Position numbers and translations under genes: made by a program. Below the pieces are notes generated by a model that had not been told where the DNA came from, searched no databases, and was given only the letters and a program-made list of their open reading frames with translations. Below, in pieces: positions 38,661 to 49,873 of a stretch of 64,000 nt of DNA. The stretch spans positions 192,696,001 through 192,760,000 of the forward strand of contig OX597814.1 of the NCBI GenBank assembly GCA_951406725.2. Reading direction: 5' to 3'. Position 1 is the first letter of the stretch. Each line of letters starts with the position of its first letter. The DNA comes from Octopus vulgaris (lineage: Eukaryota).

Positions 38661-38945
38661 TGACAACCTGGCCACTGGTGGTGGCGTAACACACCATACT
38701 AATCATATCTGTCGGGCATGTGGAAGAGAGTGTAATTCGGCAGGAGGACTTAAACGACATGCAAAGGTACATGAAGCCCAGTTACAACTACAGTCGGCTA
38801 TTACCAGTAAAGGTTTTAGTTGCCAATTTTGTACAAGACATTGTAGATCTTTAGCTGGGCTAAAAAGTCACATTCGATCACAGCACCAGTAACAGTTAAG
38901 CTTCGTGCAATGGCCGTACTCGATAATGAGGGGGCAGCCATAATG
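38660..38945 (+). mobile_element. 3' end of a second RTE-type LINE with two C-terminal C2H2-like fingers
   Basis: CRACGRECNSAGGLKRHAKVH and CQFCTRHCRSLAGLKSHIRSQH, then a short 3' UTR (ctcgataatgagg) and (ATGT)n tail. Confidence 0.65.
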
Positions 38946-38991
38946 TATGTATATATACGTAAATATATATCTGCATGCATATACATATATA

Positions 38992-39376
38992 TCTCTCTAT
39001 ATATAAACGGCAGTTTGTCTGTGCGTGTTTCTGTGTGTCTGTTTGCTTGTACCCTCACCCCGACCACGGCTTTCAACCGATTCTGATGAAACTTGACACA
39101 CACATAGCCCAATGTCATAATTCAAAACTAATGCAGCCAAAATTTTGAAAAGTTTCCCCAGTTCTGAAAAAAATCGATAAATTCGACATGGGGTCGAGAA
39201 TCAGAAACACGAACCACAAACTGTCTAGGGGACGCAACTCCATCCTTTTTTAACTCTCAAAAAAAAATTTACCATCATTTTTTCCCATTTTTTTGCTATT
39301 TTTTGGCTATAACTCTCTAAAAATGCTTTATAGTTATTTCCCTTACAAACCTGAGCAACGCCGGGCGATACTGCTA

Positions 39377-39377
<1 letters not shown>
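38992..39377 (+). mobile_element. Non-autonomous Helitron
   Basis: 5' tctctctatatataaacggc; 3' cctgagcaacgccgggcgatactg-CTAG-t. Confidence 0.75.
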
Positions 39378-39413
<36 letters not shown>

Positions 39414-39419
39414 TGCACA

Positions 39420-39870
39420 CATACAATCCTCTCTGAACCCTGATGCTCTCCTGCCAGTAGGACTATTGTCTCCTTCTTTGATTTGATGGTCTTCTTCCTG
39501 CTGATGTGAATGGTAATTCTGTGTTTTCAAATTCTGTTTTCACATTTCTGAGAGGTCCACCTCTTGAATAGTCTAACATATAGTCTGTAGTTTGAGTAAG
39601 TTTTGGTGGAATGTCAGCATTACATAGTTATTGAGAGCCTCTTTATATTGTAGATTCCATCTTTAAACTCCATCCAATCAACACCTCAAATATAAAATTC
39701 CTCCAATGTAAAATTCTCTCCTGAAGACAGAGGTGGTATTATCCAATAATGGATCCAAGTAACTATCATTATTCCAGACCATCAAGCCCCCAGTAACAGC
39801 CGTTGGACTCATAAAACTCTACCCTTTTAATTCCTGATATCATTTATATTCTGTGAGTTATATTCATTTA
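39420..39870 (+). mobile_element. Possible Penelope-type terminal fragment with decayed hammerhead (CTGAAGA at 39721)
   Basis: Starts next to (TA)n; ctc-CTGAAGA-cagagg-tggt...acca...gtaac-agcc-GTT-gga resembles a degenerate long-helix-II hammerhead. Confidence 0.3.
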
Positions 39871-39879
39871 CATTCTGTA

Positions 39880-40151
39880 AGTAATCCCTCGAGTATCGTG
39901 GATGTTACATTCCAAAACCCCCTGCAATAGGTGAAAATCCACGAAGTAGAAACAGTACTGTATATTTTTTTTATTATTATTTTTATAATTTGTATGAGTG
40001 GCTGTGTGGTAAGTAGCTTGCTTACCAACCACATGGTTCCGAGTTCAGTGCCACTGCGTGGCACCTTGGGCAAGTGTCTTCTACTATAGCCTTGGGCCAA
40101 CCAAAGCCTTGTGAGTGGATTTGGTAGACGGAAACTGAAAGAAGCCCTTCA

Positions 40152-40236
<85 letters not shown>

Positions 40237-41349
40237 GTACGTGTGTGTATATGTTTGTGTGTCTGTGTTTGTCCCGCCAACATCACTTGACAACCAATGC
40301 TGGTGTGTTTACACCCCTGTAACTTAGCGGTTCAGTAAAAGAAACCAATAGAATAAGTACTAGGCTTACAAAGAATAAGTCCTGAGGTCGATTTGCTCGA
40401 CTAAAGGCGGTGCTCCAGCATGGCCACAGTCAAATGACCGAAACAAGTGAAAGAGTAAAAAAGAGCATAAATGGAAAACAGCACCACACGCTCACATCTC
40501 AAGTTTCGTTTTCCATACAGTATGTGCGATTCTTTGTTTACTCATCTACGGTACACTACATATTTTCTTTTAATCATCATCGTTTAACGTCCGCTTTCCA
40601 TGCTAGCATAGGTTGGACGGTTCAACTGGGGTCTGGGAAGCCAGGTGGCTGTACCAGGCTTCAATCTTGATCTGGCAGAGTTTCTATAGCTGGATGCCCT
40701 TCCTAATGCCAGTGACTCCGTGAGTGTAGTGGGTGCTTTTTACGTGCCAGCCGAGACTGGCAACGGCCACAATTGGTTGGTGCTTTTTATGTGCCACCGG
40801 CACGGAGGCCAGTTGAGGCGGCGCTAGCAATGGCCACAATCAGTTGGTGCTTTTTACGTGCCACCGGCACGGCGGCCAGTCAAGGCGGCGCTGGCAATGG
40901 CCACAGCCACGTTCGGATGGTTCTTTTACATGCCACCGGCACTGATATCACAACTACAATTTCCATTGATTTTTGATCAATTTCGATTTCACTTGCCTCA
41001 ACAGGTCTTCGCAAGCAGAGTTTTGTGTCCCAAGAAGGAAAGGTATGCATAAGTGGACTGGCTACATCCCAGGTAGAGGCCACGGGTTATGGTCTCATAA
41101 TTTATTTTAATTAATGTGTTATACAATGTAGTACTTTACTGTATTTTTCTTTATTAATTTTTAGGTGTGAAAATGCTTATTTTACCACAGAAATAATTAA
41201 AATCTAAAAAAATATAAATACCTATTGGCTACAGAAACCTGCAATATACTGAGGAGTCCAGGATATAGATTTACATATACTAGCCAGAAAAATCCACAAT
41301 GTACTGAGAGTGTGATAGGTGAACCGTGATAAGGCGAATGATTACTGTA
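39880..41349. mobile_element. Tigger/pogo-type MITE split by family A and C insertions
   Basis: Ends agtaatccctcg ... cgaatgattactg-TA; internal aaaatccac repeats on both sides of the insertions. Confidence 0.45.
39996..40465 (+). mobile_element. SINE family A
   Basis: Full length with expanded (TA)n(CA)n centre. Confidence 0.85.
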
Positions 41350-42055
41350 TTTAATATTCTGTGTGAATTGACTTGTCTAACTTGCTTCTCATTACCTTTA
41401 CTCATCTACTGGCTCAAGTTCAAGTCTCTTGATCACTTCGAAGTGTATTCTATATAGAGAACAGCTGCTTCTAACCTATATATATATATATAGATGCTGT
41501 ATGGAATTTTGTGAGTGAATAGGTCGCGGTTTCAAAAATATTTTGACAAATTAAATTTAAATGTTGAAGTGAATCTAACAGTTCTTGTGTGTTTTTAAAT
41601 GGCTTATAAACACCTTCCATGCTGCAATTGTTTTTGCTTCAGCACACAATCTCAGATAAGGTTACATGCTATGCAAGTACATCTCTCTCTCACTCTGTAT
41701 ATATATATATATTATATCATCATCATCATCATCATCATCGTTTAGCGTCCGTTTTCCATGCTAGCATGGGTTGGACGGTTCTACTGGGGTCTGTGAAGCC
41801 AGAAGGCTTCATCAGTCCCAGTCAAATCTGGCAGTGTTTCTACGGCTGGATGCCCTTCCTAACGCCAACCACTCCGAGAGTGTAGTGGGTGCTTTTTACG
41901 TGCCACCCGCACAGGTGCCAGACAGAGCTGGCGAACGGCCACGAACGGATGGTGCTTTTTATGTGCCACCCGCACAGGTGCCAGACAGAGCTGGCAAACG
42001 GCCACGAACGGATGGTGCTTTTTATGTGCCACCGGCACGAGGGCCAGGCGAGGCT

Positions 42056-42095
<40 letters not shown>

Positions 42096-42206
42096 TATAT
42101 ACACACACATATATTTAAATGATTTGAGAAAATGAATTTCCAAATCAATCAGGTATAACACTTCAGCATTACATGCATCTGCATATCGTACCTTGGGATC
42201 TTCTTT

Positions 42207-42248
<42 letters not shown>

Positions 42249-42899
42249 AATGTATACATCATCATCATCGTTTAACGTCCGTTTTCCATGCTAGTATGGG
42301 TTGGACGGTTCGACTGGGGTCTGGGAAGCCAGGAAACCGCATCAGGCTCCAGTCTGATCTGGCAGGGTTTCTACAGCTGGATGCCCTACCTAACGCCAAC
42401 TACTCTGTGAGTGTAGTGAATGCTTTTTACGTGCCACAGGATGGAAGGTAGGCTGGCAACGGCCACGATTGGTTGGTGCTTTTTACGTGCTGCCGGCATG
42501 GAAGCCAGTCGAGGCAGCGCTGGCATCGGCCACGTACCGATGGTGCATTATACGTGCCACCGGTACAGGTATCACAACTACAATTTCCATTTGATTTTTT
42601 GATGTTGATGTACTTGACTCAATAGGTCTCCTCAAGCACAGCAGGTTGCCCTACAATCCAAGGTAAGTACAGCAGGCCGTCCTGCAATCCAAGGCACTTG
42701 GATGGGCTGGGTCTTCTATGAGAAGTGAAGTGTTTTGTTCAAGAACAAAACATGTTGCTCAATCCAGGCATTGAACCTACAATCGCTAGACTGTGAGTAC
42801 AACACCCTAACCACTAGGCTATGTGCCTTCACATGTGTGTGTGTGTGAGTGTGAGCATGTATATATATACATATATATATATAGATATATATGTGTCAC

Positions 42900-43650
42900 A
42901 GAGGCAATGACGAAAGACCGAGATCTCTGGAAATATGCTGTGACTGCAAAGACCCGACAAATAATGTGAGTTCATGGCTGCTTCCTGCACCAGTTTCACA
43001 TTGCCCCAGCCCATCCAAAGTACCTTGGATTGCAGAACGACCTGCTGTGCTTACCTTGGATCGTAGGGTGACCTGCTGTGCTTGAGGAGACCTATTGAGT
43101 CAAGTACATCAACATCAAAATAAATATCAAATGGAAATTGTAGTTGTGATACCTGTGCCGGCGGCATGTAAAAAGCACCATCCGAACATGGCTGATGCCA
43201 GTGCTGCCTCGACTGGCTTCTATGCTGGTGGCACATGACCTGCTGTGCTTGAGGAAACCTACTGAGTCAAGTACATCAACATCAAAATAAATATCAAATG
43301 GAAATTATAGTTGTGATACCTGTACCGGTGGCACATAAAAAGCACCATCCGAACGTGGCCGATGCCAGCACCACCTTGACTGGCTTCTGTGCCAGTGGCA
43401 CGTAAAAAGCACCAACTGATCGTGGCCACTGCCAGCCTCCCCTGGCACCTGTGCTGGTGGCACGTAAAAAGCACCCACTACACTCACAGAGTGGTTGGCG
43501 CTAGGAAGGGCATCCAGCTGTAGAAACACTGCCAGATCAAACTGGAGCCTGGTGCAGCCTCCTGGCTTCCCAGATCCCGGTCGAACCGTCCAACCTATGC
43601 TAGCACGGAAAATGGATGTTAAACGATGATGATGATGATGATGATGATGA
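42900..43650 (+). mobile_element. RTE 3' end plus family C UTR with internal duplication
   Basis: Begins with EAMTKDRDLWKYAV-like coding end; the block gacctgctgtgcttgagga...ggcac is duplicated. Confidence 0.75.
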
Positions 43651-44539
43651 TTTCTACCCCCACAAGTTGTTTGCATTCAGGTGAATATGACATTACAGGT
43701 TGAATTGTTTTCTCAACACACAACTCTACATTGATTATAAATTGTCAACAGGTAAACCCTTCTTCTAATTGATAAATATCTTATCAAATTCACTCAAAGG
43801 TAACCTTCAATACAATTGTTTCATAAATGATTAAGTGAAGTGTATTAGTAGCAGAAAAATATTAATCTAAAATATATTTAATGCACTCACCTTTTACAAA
43901 CGTCAACAGCCAATGTTGATAAAGTTCACAGAGTACAAATAGGTCTACCCAATATATTTATTACCTCATCTAAAACAGCTACGACTGAGTACATTCAAAT
44001 GGTCTAGATGATCAATGCAATACAAATACAAATATCAAGTGTTGTTTGTTGGAATAATATATTGATATTTTATGTACCAACTGCTCATACAGAGATTTCT
44101 AAAAATATAAGTTGTTGACCTCGAATGGAAAGTTTAGAGAACACCTAACATGATGCATAACAGGTTTGGTTTTTGTTATTATATTTTATAAATTCAAATT
44201 CTATTGGGTTCAACTTTGCGTTTTATTGTTTCGGAGTTTGTAAAATAAATATCAGTAAAATACTTTGGGCTGATTCAGTCGACTTAACATACCACTTGTT
44301 TTTTTTTTAATTGGCTTATTGCTTGGTGAAAATAAATCAATATCAGCTGTAGAGTTACTGTTAAAAGCTAGAGATTAGAAGTGATTGCTTTTTATACTCA
44401 TACAATTTAGGAAAATACAATAGGCTATAAACTCTCTGAAGAGATAATGGCATAATATGTCATGATAACATTGGTTTATGGAAGTTGTTTATTTTCCTGG
44501 TTGCTTTCATAACTCACGGTCAGTAATGTTATATAAGTG

Positions 44540-44845
44540 GGGGCAAATAGCCGAGTGGTTAGAGCAGTGGACTCGCAGTCGAGGGATTACGGGTTCGAAT
44601 CTCAGACCAGGCGATGTGTGTGTTTATGTGAAAAACACCTAGGCTCCACACAGCCCCGGCAGAGGTAATGGTGAACTTCTGCTGACTCATTCGTCTCAAC
44701 TTTCTCTCACTTTTTCCCTCTGCATCTAGCAGCTCACCTGCGACAGACCGGCGTTCCATCCAGGTGGGGAAGCTATACGTCAATGAAACCAGGAAACCGG
44801 CCCTTATGAGCCAGGCATGACTCAAGAAGGAACAAACAACAACAA
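44540..44845 (+). mobile_element. SINE family D (tRNA head; V-domain-like cctgcgacagaccggcgttccatccagg); relatives at about 11823-12300, 62260-62560, 18340-18590
   Basis: A box tagccgagtggtt, B box ggttcgaatct, (AAC)n tail. Confidence 0.75.
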
Positions 44846-45499
44846 TGTTATATAATCCTCCTCCTCCTCACCACCACAACCATCATCATCATCATCATTT
44901 TCTGTGTACTTTCTATGCTGGCATGGATTGGATAGGTCACCATGAGCCAAGTCAGTTCTTATTCACAGTTACTGCTCTCCTGGTTGGACTGAAAAATTTC
45001 TTCTTTCACCTATTTTTTCATTTTGGCTTGGTTTCTATCATTGGATATGCCTTTCCCAACAACTACTACTTCATAAAGTGCCCTGAGTACATTTTATTGA
45101 GACATTGATGCTAAAGAGGTTGTCTTATCCTTGGCAACACATCACTTTAGGGTCTTCTCAAACTTATATTTTTCCTGCTCATTTGGCAACCACTTTACTG
45201 CACAGATTGTGTGCAATTAATCATGGCACCTGCACTAGTGAGGTTGCTTTGTATCCTGCAAGACAAAAGAAGAAATAAGGGTAGTATATTTCCATAGGCT
45301 GAAACAGCTGTAAGTGATTTTAATGATTCTAACAATTTATATTAATGTTTTTTTTAATAATCAACCTTTTGGGGTTGATAAAACAAGTACCAGTTGAACA
45401 CTGGGGTTGATGCAATCAGCTTAATCCCATCCCTAAAAAGGCTGGCTTTGCACCAAAATTTGAAACCAATAAAAAGTAATATTTATCTAAAAGCAATTT

Positions 45500-45930
45500 A
45501 CTCTCTTTTCTCTTTTACTTGTTTCAGTCATTTGACTGTGGCCATGCTGCAGCACTGCCTTTAATCGAGCAAATCGACACCGGGACTTATTCTTTGTTAG
45601 CCCAGTACTTATTCTATCGGTCTCTTTTGCCGAACCGCTAAGTGACAGGGACATAAACACACCAGCATCGGTTGTCAAGCAATGCTAGGGGGACAAACAC
45701 AGACACACAAACATACACGCACACATATATATACATATATATGACAGGCTTCTTTCAGTTTCCGTCTACCAAATCCACTCACAAGGCTTTGGTCGGCCCG
45801 AGGCTATAGTAGAAGACACTTGCCCAAGGTGCCACGCAGTGGGACTGAACCTGGAACCATGTGGTTGGTAAACAAGCTACTTACCACACAGCCTCTCCTG
45901 CGCCGGCTACTTACCACACAGCCACTCCGA
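45500..45930 (-). mobile_element. SINE family A
   Basis: Full length; head-to-head with the 46218 copy. Confidence 0.85.
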
Positions 45931-46217
45931 CTGTAGAGTTGTTTCAACAATAATTAACTCAATATATTAATAAAGTTGTTTTTTTTTTTTTTCCACTCTT
46001 CTCATTTGAGAATTTACATTAGAATGAGTAACATACTTGATTGAATAAAGGTGTGGCCTATGAAAAAATTAAGAAACCTATTGTTGATTGATTGACATCA
46101 ATATAAACCTGCTGCAACATGTTCAAACAGGACTATAATTGATTCTCTGTAGTTTTTAAAGCATTCTGCTTGGCTTCATTAAAATATTCATGTTATTTAT
46201 TTAATGTAAGACGTTTT

Positions 46218-46630
46218 GAGTGGCTGTGTGGTAAGTAGCTTGCTTACCAACCACATGGTTCCGGGTTCATTCCCACTGTGTGGCACCTTGGGCAAGTGTC
46301 TTCTACTATAGCCTCAGGTCGACCAAAGCCTTGTGAGTGGATTTGGTATACAGAAACTGAGAGAAGCCCGTCGTATATATGAATATATATATGTATGCGT
46401 GTGTATATGTTTGTGTGTCTGTGGTTGTTCCCCCCAACATCGCTTGACAACTGATACTGGTGTGTTTATGTCCCTGTAACTTAGCGGTTTGGCAAAAAAG
46501 AGACTGATAAAATAAGTACTAGGCTTCCAAAGAATAAGTCCCGGGGTCGATTTGCTTGACTAAAGGCGGTGCTCCAGCATGGCCACAGTCAAATGACTGA
46601 AACAAGTAAAAGAGAAAGAAAGAAAGAGTA
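46218..46630 (+). mobile_element. SINE family A
   Basis: Full length. Confidence 0.85.
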
Positions 46631-46943
46631 TGTATATGTATAAGTATGTGTGTGTATTTATATTTATAACTTAATCTTATGTACTTTCTAAAAATCTCTG
46701 ACGAAGCCTAGAGAAACACCCAAGTACCTCAATTTCATCTACTAATTACTTCAGTCTACTGGAGGGATAAAGGTAGAATGAGGTATTTTTACCTCTTGGC
46801 TGAAACAGCTGTAAGATATTATCCCAATTTCTATTCCTGTATGTTAATTATCCTTTTAGTAAATAAATAAATAAATAAATTGACATAATATAATGTCTAA
46901 ACGTTGATGAATACCACCTATTGATCTCCTCATTTTCTTATTG

Positions 46944-46945
<2 letters not shown>
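46630..46945 (+). mobile_element. Penelope-like LTR-type fragment carrying the 46691 hammerhead
   Basis: Its 3' part (accacctattgatc...cattttcttattgc) matches 6121-6155 and, inverted, 9760-9860; it lies between microsatellites. Confidence 0.55.
46691..46820 (+). ncRNA. Type I hammerhead ribozyme motif with about 97-nt helix II
   Basis: atct-CTGACGA-agcc...ggct-GAAAC-agct-GTA-agat. Helix II extends through agag/ctct and aagtacctca/tgaggtattt; helix III is palindromic (ACAGCTGT). Predicted cleavage after 46813. Confidence 0.82.
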
Positions 46946-46990
<45 letters not shown>

Positions 46991-46993
<3 letters not shown>

Positions 46994-47665
46994 TCATCAT
47001 CATCATCGTTTAACGTCCGTTCTCCATGCTAGCATGGGTTGGACGGTTCGACCGGGGTTCTGGGCCAGAAGGCTGCACCAGGCTCCAGTCTAATCTGGCA
47101 ATGTTTCTACAGCTGGATGCCCTTCCTAACGCCAACCACTCCGTGAGTGTAGTGGGTGCTTTTTACATGCCACCTGCACAGGTGCCAGGCGAGGCTGGCA
47201 ACGGCCACGGTCAGATTGGTGTATTTTATGTGCCACCGGCACGGAAGCCAGTCGAGGCGGTGCTGGCATCGGCCACGAGTCGGATAATGCTTTTTACGTA
47301 CCACCAGACCAGGGATCCTGGCTGGTTCAATTCGATTTCGATTTCGCTTGCCCCAACATGTCTTCACAAGCAAAGGGGGTTGGCATGGGTGCCTGTCGTA
47401 CGGTCGCATTGGAGTATTTTACGTGCCACGGCCACGAGTCGGATAGTGCTTTTTACGTACCACCAGACCAGGGATCCTGGCTGGTTCAATTCGATTTCGA
47501 TTTCGCTTGCCCCAACATGTCTTCACAAGCAAAGGGGGTTGGCATGGGTGCCTGTCGTACGGTCGCATTGGAGTATTTTACGTGCCACGGCCACGAGTCG
47601 GATAGTGCTTTTTACGTACCACCAGGCCAGGGATCCTGGCTGGTTCAATTCGGTTTCGATTTCGA
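46991..47665 (-). mobile_element. Family C copy with 2.5 x 159-bp tandem expansion
   Basis: Units start at 47270, 47429 and 47588. Confidence 0.8.
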
Positions 47666-47918
47666 TATATATATATATATATATATAAATTAAATTCGAG
47701 ATAAAAGCACTATTAGGTAAATCAAACAGTGAAAAACATAAACCAAAACATAAAAATAAAAATAATTAATATGATATAAAAAATAAATAAAATATAAATT
47801 TTACAAATTTAAATTATTTAAATTTAGATTTAAAATTAAAATTATTAATTTATATTTATAAAATTTTATTTATTTATTTTTTATTAAATATATATAACTA
47901 TCAAAAAGTATTAAAAAG

Positions 47919-47959
<41 letters not shown>

Positions 47960-47976
47960 CATACATATACATACAC

Positions 47977-48048
47977 CGCAGAGTGGCGCAGTGGGAGCAT
48001 GCTGGGCCCATAACCCAGGAGTCCGTAGATCGGAACTACGCTCTGCTA
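47977..48048 (+). tRNA. Initiator tRNA-Met (CAT)-like gene, probably a pseudogene, copy 1
   Basis: cGCAGAGTGGCGCAGTGGGAGCATGCTGGGCCCATAACCCAGGAGTCCGTAGATCGGAACTACGCTCTGCTA is 72 nt with a CAT anticodon, GGG/CCC anticodon stem and the initiator-type A54 T-loop. It has C1 instead of A1, a D-stem mismatch and G58. Confidence 0.85.
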
Positions 48049-48204
48049 TTTGCATGAATCTTTTAAACGGCGGTGCATCAGCATGGCCGCAGCTCTGAGC
48101 TGAAACTAGAAAAAAAATACATACATATACATACATACAAACATACATACATTCATATATACATACACATACACACACATATACATACATACAAACATAC
48201 ATGT

Positions 48205-48735
48205 AAGCTATACCATAGTCATACATATACTACTTGGCGGTGTGAGTTACACACTCCTACATGTTATATTTATATATTTAGTCGTTGACTATTTTCTCTT
48301 TTCCACTAGGCCGCTGGTAGCGATAAATTTCTATTGAATTTTTTTGCTACCCTAAATTGACTAATTGATAATTTTCTGAATAATTCTGAGATTGAATCGG
48401 CAGTATATTTACTGCTGATAAGTTTGGCGCGAATACGTCAGTCTTGAAAATTTTAAGACAGATATTTCGGAGGCATCGATACAGACGCCTCGTGTATATT
48501 TGTCTCTCCCAGGTTTTTTACTGATGAAGTGTAACCTATGGTAGATTAGCTTAATTTAATTTAATTAAGCTAATTTAATCATTAATGACACAGAAACGAT
48601 GCATCGTCTAAAAGATGAATTAGGGTAAATGTTTTTAAATTTTCACCTAATTTCTGAATTACTACTACTTGGCGGTGTGAGTTATGGCTGCTCTTTCTGG
48701 TGGACGAATGGCCTGTTAAGGTCACTCCTAAATTG

Positions 48736-48736
<1 letters not shown>
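48205..48736 (+). mobile_element. About 530-bp hammerhead-bearing element with a 22-nt internal direct repeat
   Basis: tactacttggcggtgtgagtta occurs at 48228-48249 and 48663-48684 (435 nt apart); several hairpins; ends in (TA)n. Confidence 0.55.
48513..48616 (+). ncRNA. Type I hammerhead ribozyme motif with long helix II
   Basis: tttta-CTGATGA-a-gtgt...(hairpin agattagcttaat/attaagctaattt)...acac-a-GAAAC-gatgcatc-GTC-taaaa. Core is intact, helix III is palindromic (ACGATGCATCGT), helix I is tttta/taaaa. Predicted cleavage after 48608. Confidence 0.8.
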
Positions 48737-48774
<38 letters not shown>

Positions 48775-48791
48775 CATACATATACATACAC

Positions 48792-48863
48792 CGCAGAGTG
48801 GCGCAGTGGGAGCATGCTGGGCCCATAACCCAGGGGTCCGTAGATCGGAACTACGCTCTGCTA
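48792..48863 (+). tRNA. Initiator tRNA-Met (CAT)-like gene, probably a pseudogene, copy 2
   Basis: Identical to copy 1 except one variable-loop base (caggggtcc vs caggagtcc); 815 bp downstream. Confidence 0.85.
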
Positions 48864-49342
48864 TTTGCATGAATCTTTTAAACGGCGGTGCATCAGCATG
48901 GCCGCAGCTCTGAGCTGAAACTAGAAAAAAAATACATACATATACATACATACAAACATACATACATGCATATATACATACACATACACACACATATACA
49001 TACATACAAACATACATGTATATATACATACATATACACACACACACACATGATGGACTCTCCTGTCAAAGACGATGTATTGAGTGTTCAGCCATTACTG
49101 AACCACCTGCCCAAATGATTTGTTTATATTGATCAAATGTGTGTACTGTACATAATCTCACTCCCTCCATCAAATCGACGTTACCTGAACCGGTGCACAG
49201 TGTACCACACATCAAAATGTCTTACTATTTTTTCCTTAATAAAACACACTAAACTCATGTTCAGTTCTGTTTCATCATAACTTGCTTTCATTTTCTTTTC
49301 TTTCTTCATGCATATTTTCTTTCCTCTTCATTCCTCCATTAT

Positions 49343-49466
<124 letters not shown>

Positions 49467-49485
49467 TAATTGACGGGAAAAGTTA

Positions 49486-49873
49486 TTATTTCTTTACTAC
49501 CCACAAGGGGCTAAACACAGAGAGGACAAACAAGGACAGACAGATGGAGTAAGTCGATTATATCGACCCCAGTGCGTAACTGGTACTTATTTAATCGACC
49601 CTGAAAGGATGAAAGGCAAAGTCAACCTTGGCAGAATTTGAACTCAGAACGTAGTGGCAGACAAAATACCTATTTCTTTATTGCCCACAGGGGGCTAAAT
49701 ACAGAGGGGACAAACAAGGACAGACAAACAGATTAAGTCGATTACATCGACCCCAGTGTGTAACTGGTACTTAATTTATCGACCCCGAAAGGATGAAAGT
49801 CAAAGTTGACCTCGGCGGAATTGAACTCAGAACGTAACGGCAGACGAAATACAGCTACGCATTTCGCCCGGCG
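49486..49873 (-). mobile_element. SINE family B tandem dimer inserted as one unit
   Basis: Two 3' halves in tandem, flanked by one TSD aattgacgg(g)aaaagtta. Confidence 0.8.

Noticed and set aside
38599-38892. Possible host C2H2 zinc-finger gene
   Set aside because: No TGEKP linkers; fingers match the RTE C-terminal CxxCxRxCxSxxGLxSH type and are followed by a LINE-like tail.
44540-44615. tRNA-like sequences at family D heads (also 11823, 62260)
   Set aside because: No complete cloverleaf; they continue into SINE bodies.
47026-47688. Longest ORF in the window (220 aa)
   Set aside because: Antisense read of a family C repeat kept open by a 159-bp tandem unit; no protein-family signal.
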